Below are positions 53,585-62,145 of a stretch of DNA of 64,000 nt, one piece after another; position 1 is the first letter of the stretch, and each line of letters begins with the position of its first letter. The stretch is taken from contig NC_068985.1 of the NCBI RefSeq assembly GCF_001194135.2, forward strand, positions 24,698,773 to 24,762,772, in the 5' to 3' direction. The DNA comes from Octopus bimaculoides (lineage: Eukaryota). A program made the translations under genes and the position numbers. Under the pieces are notes generated by a model, which saw nothing but the letters and a program-made list of their open reading frames with translations, was not told the origin of the DNA and ran no database searches.

Positions 53585-56500
53585 TACATACACACATTAC
53601 TTAGTATCATTGACTAAACATGAGCTGTGTATAATGCCACTGACATACAATCAACTCAAGTGACAATATTTCTTTGCTGTAAGGCGGCAAGCTAGCAGAA
53701 ACGTTAGCGAAATGCTTAGCAGTATTTTATCTGTCTTTACATTCTGAGTTCAAATTCCACTGAGGTCAACTTTGACTTTTATCCTTTCGGGGTCAATAAA
53801 TCAAGTATCAGTTGCATACTGGGATTGATCTAATCAACTGGACCCCTCTCCAAAAATTTCGGCCCTTGTGCCTAGAGTAGAAAAGAACATTTCTTTGGTG
53901 TAAGTGTACCTACACTTATAATAAATAAATAATAAAACAATAAACAAAAGTAATAGTAATCAAATTTCTTTACCTCTTAAATTACCAATTAAATTTAGGT
54001 TACTATTTAAAAAATTTCAATGAAAAATAAGGTGTTCAAAGACTGTGTTCAATAGGAATGTTTTCACTATTGTTAAACATACATGCATTCAAGATTAATA
54101 TCATATTACTGTTGCAAAAGCCTAATCAAATATTTACTTTCTAACTACAGTCATATATACTTTATAGATATCAGTATAGTTTTAAGCCACACTTGAGAAA
54201 TATTGGTTATAGACACACTGATTGAGCAAGTGTCTTCTACTATTGCCTCAAGCCAACCAAAGCCTTGTGAGTGGATTTGGTAGATGGAAAATGAAGAAGC
54301 CCATCATATATATATATATATATAAGAGAAATTGGTATTTAAAAGATTCAAAGAGTGTCAGATAACACTAAGTGCTATGGATAAACCATGGTTAAACACT
54401 TGGTTCGATAATGATACAAGTGAGGAGTCTAATGTGGGTCTTGTATTGGCATGCATATATATTTTAAACAGAATGAGATAACAAATCCAAGGCTGTGAGG
54501 TGTTTTCAGGACATCTATAATGAAATATTCTTACACCTGTTTCTGGGACGTTATGGATATCCCTTAATAGAGATGGTGTGAGGAAATATTTGAGTTCAAA
54601 TTATTGTAGAAAAGGAGGAGATAGGGAATATAGAGGGAAATAAGAGAATGAAAGTAGAAATAAGATATATAAAGATATTGTAGTTGTAGTTCTATTATTC
54701 GAGGAAAATGGTGTATAGAAGTGGTAAAAAAGTTTCCTATACATGGTATGTAAGTTCCAATAGCAGTTCATGTTTAATCATTTCAAAGTATGGAGCCGTG
54801 GAATCAGTGTTGCTCGTTCAAAAGGGTTTTGTGGTGTGAATGAAAATTTGAGAATGTATTGGTAGTATTTGTGGATAGATGGAGGCAGGAGAGAGGTGTA
54901 TGATTAGAAAGAGGAGATACGTCAAGTTTTGGATATATACTGTATGGTTATTTAGGTTGCATTTAAATTTGTGGTAAAATATGAAGGTATGAAAAATGTG
55001 ATGGTTGCATGTACTTAGGGCCTCATTATATTTGTTTAGTAGTGTTGAGGAGTTGTGTTTTAATATGTGGAATGCCTCTTTAAGGCATAATTTACAGGCT
55101 AAGCATTGACCTTGGTATGGAAGCCCTGAATCTATTATGGACCATGACAAAGTGTAGGAGTAACTGAAACAAGTAAAAGAAGAAAAAAAGAAAACCACTA
55201 GTGAAAAATATTCTAAATGTATTCTGTAGCTTGAAAGCAAAGGCATATTTCAGTTTTCCTTTATTGGTTCAGGTTAGTGGTTGAAGCCATATTTAAAATA
55301 ATCAAATTATTTTTTTTAGAATTAATTAAAGCTCAAATGAACCACCATAAATTCAAAAATTAAAAGTCAAACTAAACTTTTTGAGCATTCATCAATGCCT
55401 AAAAAAAGAATTAAAGAATTATATTTTGAAACCCAATATGGATATAAACACGTGGCTGAAAACAAAAGGTAAAAAAGGGATTTACAAAAAAAAATGCATA
55501 GTCAGAAGAGAAGAAATAGTCAAATATTCTTTAAATATTTACCTTGATATCTTGTTGTACGTCTTGCATACAAGACACAGGAATTATTCGTTTTGATATT
55601 TGTGTCTTAAAAATAAAAATGAGAATATAATAATTATAAAATGTTGTTGCTTTTATATGGAAATACATGGCCCTTCCTTCTTGAGGAGGGTTTGCATTGC
55701 TCAATAACATTAAAGGTGATGCTTTAAGGAATTTAGTACTCCTGATAGAGTCATCCATAACATTAAGGTTGAAGAAGACCCAGACTGATCATGACCTTTT
55801 CTTCGCAAGTGATGTAATAGCACTGCTAACACAGCAGAACACAGTATTGACTTATAAAATCGTTTAATATACTTTGCAGTATATTATGGTTGTATAAAAA
55901 AAATATGATGTCCCTACAAGTCATTAATATTGATCACAACCAGGCCCCACTTAAAGACACTAATGACAAAACAATGCTTGTAGGTAAAGAATGGCTACCC
56001 CAATAATATTTGAACTAGTGGATGAAGGTAAAAGCAGAGGAACTGGTTAAAAAGGGACCACTTGAGACTGAACAGAGTCAACAGCAGTCCATCACATGAT
56101 ACTGTCTTTTCTCATTCTCCGTGTGACACAGAAGATGGTCCTGAAACCATAGAGTTTGGGTCAATCCCTGGTAAACATGAGATCTACCGTAAACAAATCC
56201 ACACTTTCAGAATTTCTTCCTTCATTTCAACATATATTTCTAAGATTAAAAAATAATCTAGACTGTAGATGTAAAACACTTTCAGCATCAAATAATCTGG
56301 ATTCTCTCTTTGACCCAGTGAACACACTGCATTAGTCTCTCATTCCATGTTACAGTAAAGATACCGAAATACTCTTGTATTTTGGTATCTTTAACTATCA
56401 GATGACTGTATACATAGAATAACCTTTTAATAGGTTAGTGTGATGGCACAAGTTTGTGTTAACATGTAGAAAGACTCAAGACAATGACAGTCTGTTTAAA

Positions 56501-57327
56501 CAATGAGTCACAAAGTTATTTTCAAGAAGGATTATATAAATAATTTAGTCGAATATGCCAAAGATAAAATCACACTCCAAATCAGTCAACCGAAAATTCA
56601 ATATATCAGATCATCCAGATGACAGTTACCAATGCTCTCTAGCAAAAACCAACTTGTAAAGAGAAATACTACTTAATCACATGTTGTATTACCTCAATAA
56701 ACAGCAGGTTAACAAATGATGATGGTGGTGGTAGTCATAATGTTGAGGATGATACTTCAAAGTAATCTTTATGTAAAGCAGTTTTCTCACATGGTTAAAC
56801 TATCTTCTCTTTCTCACAAAGTCTCTGCTTCAATGAAACTCGCTATTTTTGCATATTTACTCAAACCCGATCATAGTTATTCTTTTTACTTTCGTTTTTT
56901 TGTTTTTGTTTTTGTTGGTTTGTTTTGTTACTCACACAGTCTTATTCCTTTGGGCTTGTACTAATTCCATATTATTAAGTGCAGGCATGACTGTGTAGTA
57001 CTTTGGGCAAGTGTCTTCAACCACAGACCCAGGCCAGGCCAACCAAAGCCTTGTAAGTGGATTTGGCAGACAAAAACTGAAAGAGCTCACCGTTTGTTTG
57101 TGTCAACCCTTGTCTCGACATCATGTGATGATTGTAAATGAACACCACCATCATATAAGCGATGTTATTCACTTCTAGTCTTCCATGGAAAACATGTCTG
57201 GCCATGGGAAATAATTCCTTGCTTGGAAAAAGGTGAGGGTTAGTGACAGAAAGGGCATCCATACATATAAAAATTTGCCTCAACAAATTCTATCTGATCC
57301 ATGCAAGTATGGAAAAGTGGAGGTTAA

Positions 57328-57364
<37 letters not shown>

Positions 57365-59656
57365 CAGCTTTTTTTATACTTTTTCTGGAAGTACCTCATA
57401 TGAAGGGTCCCTTTCCAGTTTTGTATCACTACTCATAAAAAATCTCCAGTATATCAAACCTAATATTGATTTCTAACATAGAAGTATTGGTGATGGTGCC
57501 ACATAAAAAGCATCCAATACACTCTGTGGAGTGGTTAGTGTTAGGAAGGGCATCCAGTTATAGAAACTATGCCAAAGCAGACACTGAAGCTAGGTGCAGT
57601 CCTCTAGCTCATTGGCTACTGTCAAACAGTCCAACTCATGCCAGCATGGAGAACAGACATTAAATGACAATGATGAAGAATTTATATTATTGCCAACGAG
57701 AAACTGACATGTTTTGGAATTCATATTTTTCCAGATCATTAGTGATAAAAGTGAAATAGTTTCAACGGTGTCTAACTTATTTTGGCAAAAACTTCTGGCA
57801 CAAAACAAATGCAATTTTCCAAGAAACTCGTATTACAATGTTCAGCTGACCTGGGTATGATGATACTACTGCTATCTAAACTCACTGATTTCATCTACCC
57901 CTCTCCAACCTGTTTACTTCCTACAGCTGAATCCCATAACTTTTGCATTAATCATTTCCCAATCCCTTCTCCTCTTAAACAACATCTCACCAGAATCCCC
58001 TATTGTTTTTTTTTTCATACATACATACAGTATGCATGCATGTATGTATGTATGTATGTATGTACAGACACTCTCATTAAACTTCAAAAGATAAAAGAGA
58101 ACATTAGCTCATTTAACTGTTAACTCCCTTTTGAGAAAGCTTTAAAGACTATGGCCACTTCTTTCATGCCAAAAATTAAACTAAACTATGATGTGTGTGT
58201 GTCTATGTATATGAAACTGTATGTCCATGTACGTCAAATGTGTGTGTATGTGTACATGATAGAAAGAAAAAGGATTATAAATGTGTATACATATATGGCT
58301 GTTGGTGTGTCTCAATATGAAAATTAGAGAGGAAAGCGAAACAGAATTTCAGTTAACATAAATTTATTTATTACCTTGGGATTGACATAATATCGCAAAT
58401 CACTGCCATTGAATATCACCCACCGTTTTCGCCAACCTTTGTTACCCTGCACTCTGAAGTAAAAAAGAAGAACAACAAGCTTTTATGTCAACACTTTAGT
58501 TTGGTAAATTCAAAAATGTATATTTAGTATATATTTTAAATTGTAATATTAAGGTTATGATAAAAAAATATATGTCAAGATGTAACGTAAATTGATTTGA
58601 TTCCAACTTGTTCCAAACAACCTCTGTCTGGGCTTGTGAAATAGTACATATTTTGAATTCTTTATATTCAAATTTTAAAGCTTCCATTATAGTTTCCTAT
58701 AAAAAAAAAAACTTTTGTCGAATAACGTTCTAAACTCCAGCTTAATGAGAAAATTTGTTATTTTAATAAATCCCTCCAAAATCTAAAATTATTTCCAAAA
58801 TCAACTGAAATATACTGGCAGGGTTTTTCATAAGAAATATGGTCACAAAAAGGTAGAAACATATTCTCAATTTAAAAATCTAACAGATTACTCTGACACA
58901 TGAAACATAATGATGAAATTTTAAACCAGTAACTAAGGTGTTGTGAGTGAATGTTCACTGCAAGTGTCTCGTTGTGACTCTAGACTGAAACAATTCTTAC
59001 TGCTTCCATTCACTTATTAAACAGAAACAAGCACTGGACTTTTACGAGAAAGTTCCCTGTATTAAACAAGTATATTATCCAGATGAGAATCTTGATATCC
59101 AATCCAGAGATAAGAACCTGATTAATACACTCCCAAAGGTTCATAGAAGATAATATTCTTTGTAGAGAAGAAGTCTACTTTCCAACCACATGGTTTTGGA
59201 TTCAGTCTCCTAGCATGGCATCTTCAGCAAGTATCTTCAACTATTGCTCCAGTGCAACTAAAGTTATGTAAGTGAATTTAGTAGACAGAAATTGAAACAA
59301 GCTCACCATGTATGTCCATGGTTAAGAAGTTCACTTAGGAACCACATAGTTTAGTTTATTTCTACTACATGACAGCAATATTGGCTGATATCTTCTATTT
59401 TGGCCTTGAGATAGCCAATGCCTTGTGAATGAGATTGCAGGCAGAAACTGTAAGAAGCTCACTGCATGCATATGAGCATAGGTGTGTCCTCCTTCTCTTG
59501 ATTTTTAAACTCTGACAAAAGACTTAGTCACGACATGTTTAAGTAGTGTCATTATTTACAATGTGAGTGAGTGAATGAACTTGAGAGTAAGTGTGAGTGT
59601 GTGAGAGTGAGTGTGCGAGTGAGTGAGTGTGAGAAAGAGAGAGACAGACAGACAGA

Positions 59657-59691
<35 letters not shown>

Positions 59692-59704
59692 GTGTGTGTG
59701 TGTG

Positions 59705-59741
<37 letters not shown>

Positions 59742-62097
59742 GTGTGTGCACGTGCGTGCGTGTGAATGTCTATTTTCAACCTTTGCTAGCACAGAAAAAT
59801 AATTTCAAACAAATGAACAAACACACCATTGAAAAAGAATGTTATGTCTCAGTGAGATACTCACCCTCCTTGTTTGTAGAGGTAACCACTTCTTTCTGAT
59901 GAACGTGGCTAGGAGAGAAACAAATAATTATAGTCAATTAAAATATTCCAATTATATCAACAAACTACAGTATTTGATGGCATAAAAGATGCACAGGCAT
60001 TTTACATGCAACCCAATTTCAACAGGGCATATTCAGGAAAAAACATTTTCAGTACATTATAGCTTGAAACACCTAACTTCATATATAGGACCCTTATTTT
60101 TGGGAAATAAAGTGCATCTCTTATGTCATCAAATATGGTTAATCTACAATACCCCATAAGGAACACAGGGTCAGCTGGGAGGCTGCACCAGGAACAGATT
60201 GGAGCCTGGTACAGCCTCCCAGCTTACCTGTTCTCAGTCAAACCATCCAACCCATGCCAGCATGGAAACTGAATGTTAAACATCGATGATGATTATAATG
60301 CTATGTTCCACCCTGAACGGGATGCCGGTCCGTCACAGGATTACTCATTTTTACCAGCCGAGTGGACAGGAGCAACGTGAAATGAAGTGTTTTGCTGAAG
60401 AATACAATGCATCACCTGGTCTAGCAATTGAAACCGCAATCTTATGATTATGAGTGTTGGGAGGAATGTGAGTAGAGAGAAGACATGAGAGAGATTAATT
60501 CAGACCAGTACAGTAAGACTATGTACAGCAGAGTAGGGCTATGTGGGTCAGTTGCAAAGTGGACTGTGTAAGCTAAATGGAAGTAGCATATGCAAAGTAC
60601 AGCTAAATAGAAACATATAAAGAAACACAAAGGAAATATGAGCAGGATATTGTGATCACAGAAAGACATGAAAGAAGTGTAGTATTAATTCAAGGCAATA
60701 TGTAAATAATGAGCCTGAAGGTGCAGGCGTGGCTGCCTGGTAAGAAGCTTGCTTCCCAACCAGATTCAGTCTTGCAGCATGGCACCTTGGGTGAGCGTCT
60801 TCTACTATAACCTTGGGCTGACCAAACCTTATGAGTTGATTTGGTAGACAGAAACTGAAAGAAAGGTGGTGAGCTGGCAGAAACGTTAGCACGCTGGGCG
60901 AAATGCTTAGCGGTATTTCATCTGCCGCTACGTTCTGAGTTCAAATTCCGTCGAGGTCGACTTTGCCTTTCATCCTTTCGGGGTCGATTAAATAAGTACC
61001 AGTTATGCACTGGGGTCGATATAATCGACTTAATCCGTTTGTCTGTCCTTGTTTGTCCTTTCTGTGTGAAGCCCCTTGTGGGCAATAAAGAAATAAAAAA
61101 AAAGAAACTGAAAGAAACCTGTTGTATATATGTATATATATGTATATATGTATATATATGGGTACATATATATATGTATATATATATGTATATATGTGTG
61201 TGTCTTTGTGTATGTGTTTGTTCTCACCACCACTTGACAACTGGTGTTGGTTTGTTTACTCGTAATTTAGTGGTTTGGCAAAAGAAACTGATAGAATAAG
61301 TACCAGGCTTAAACAAAAAGTCTTGGGGTTGATTTGTTCAACTAAAACCTTTCATGGTAGTACCCCAGCATGGCCACAGTCAAATGGTTGAAACAAGTCA
61401 ACAATAAAAGATGAAGTCTATGAGGACTTGGAACAGAGTGAGCTGCCAAAATGGGGGTACAGAAAAGTCCAACCCTTGACCTCGTTGTGGTGAGAAAGTT
61501 AAAATAAGTGAGTGTCAGGGCTATGCCCTCAGGGACTTTGAGTCTAACTGTAACCTGGCTAAATGGCCACTGGTGGCCAGTTAGCTGGGTTGTAACCCTA
61601 GCACCAATGGTGTTGGACCTGGCCACCCAGGGCAGACAGGTCTGATACTGGTGGTGTTAGGGTTGCAACCCAGCTATCGAAGGACAATTTTGAATTCCAG
61701 GAGGTGTCTGGTCCAGAATCTGGTGGCTTCCTTGTGGCATTGGATTACATCTGCAGGCATCTTGCAGCAAGAAGGGCTAACACTAGTTCAACCTGCCACT
61801 GGTTATGTATGGTGGCTTACGAATACAGACAAGGATTGCTTTCGCAGACTCTGATCATCCCTTAAAACTCTTATGAACTCACAATGCAGTGAACTCAATA
61901 GGAGCCAGCTTGACTCCTTCCAGGTGAATGCTGTTACAAGACAAGAAACCTAAGAAATATGAACACAGAACAGTGAACCTTTCAGAAAAATAGACAGAAA
62001 GAAGTGACATAGAAACAGAAAGAGAAGTGGGGAAAGAGGGGGAAAAAGGGAGAAAAGTATTGAAATACAGAAAAAGTGGGGAGAGACAGGCAGATAG

Positions 62098-62145
<48 letters not shown>

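Noticed and set aside
56357-56392. 16-bp-stem mini-hairpin as a terminator or Helitron end
   Set aside because: No adjacent CTRR terminus or Helitron sequence; short AT-rich stems are expected by chance.
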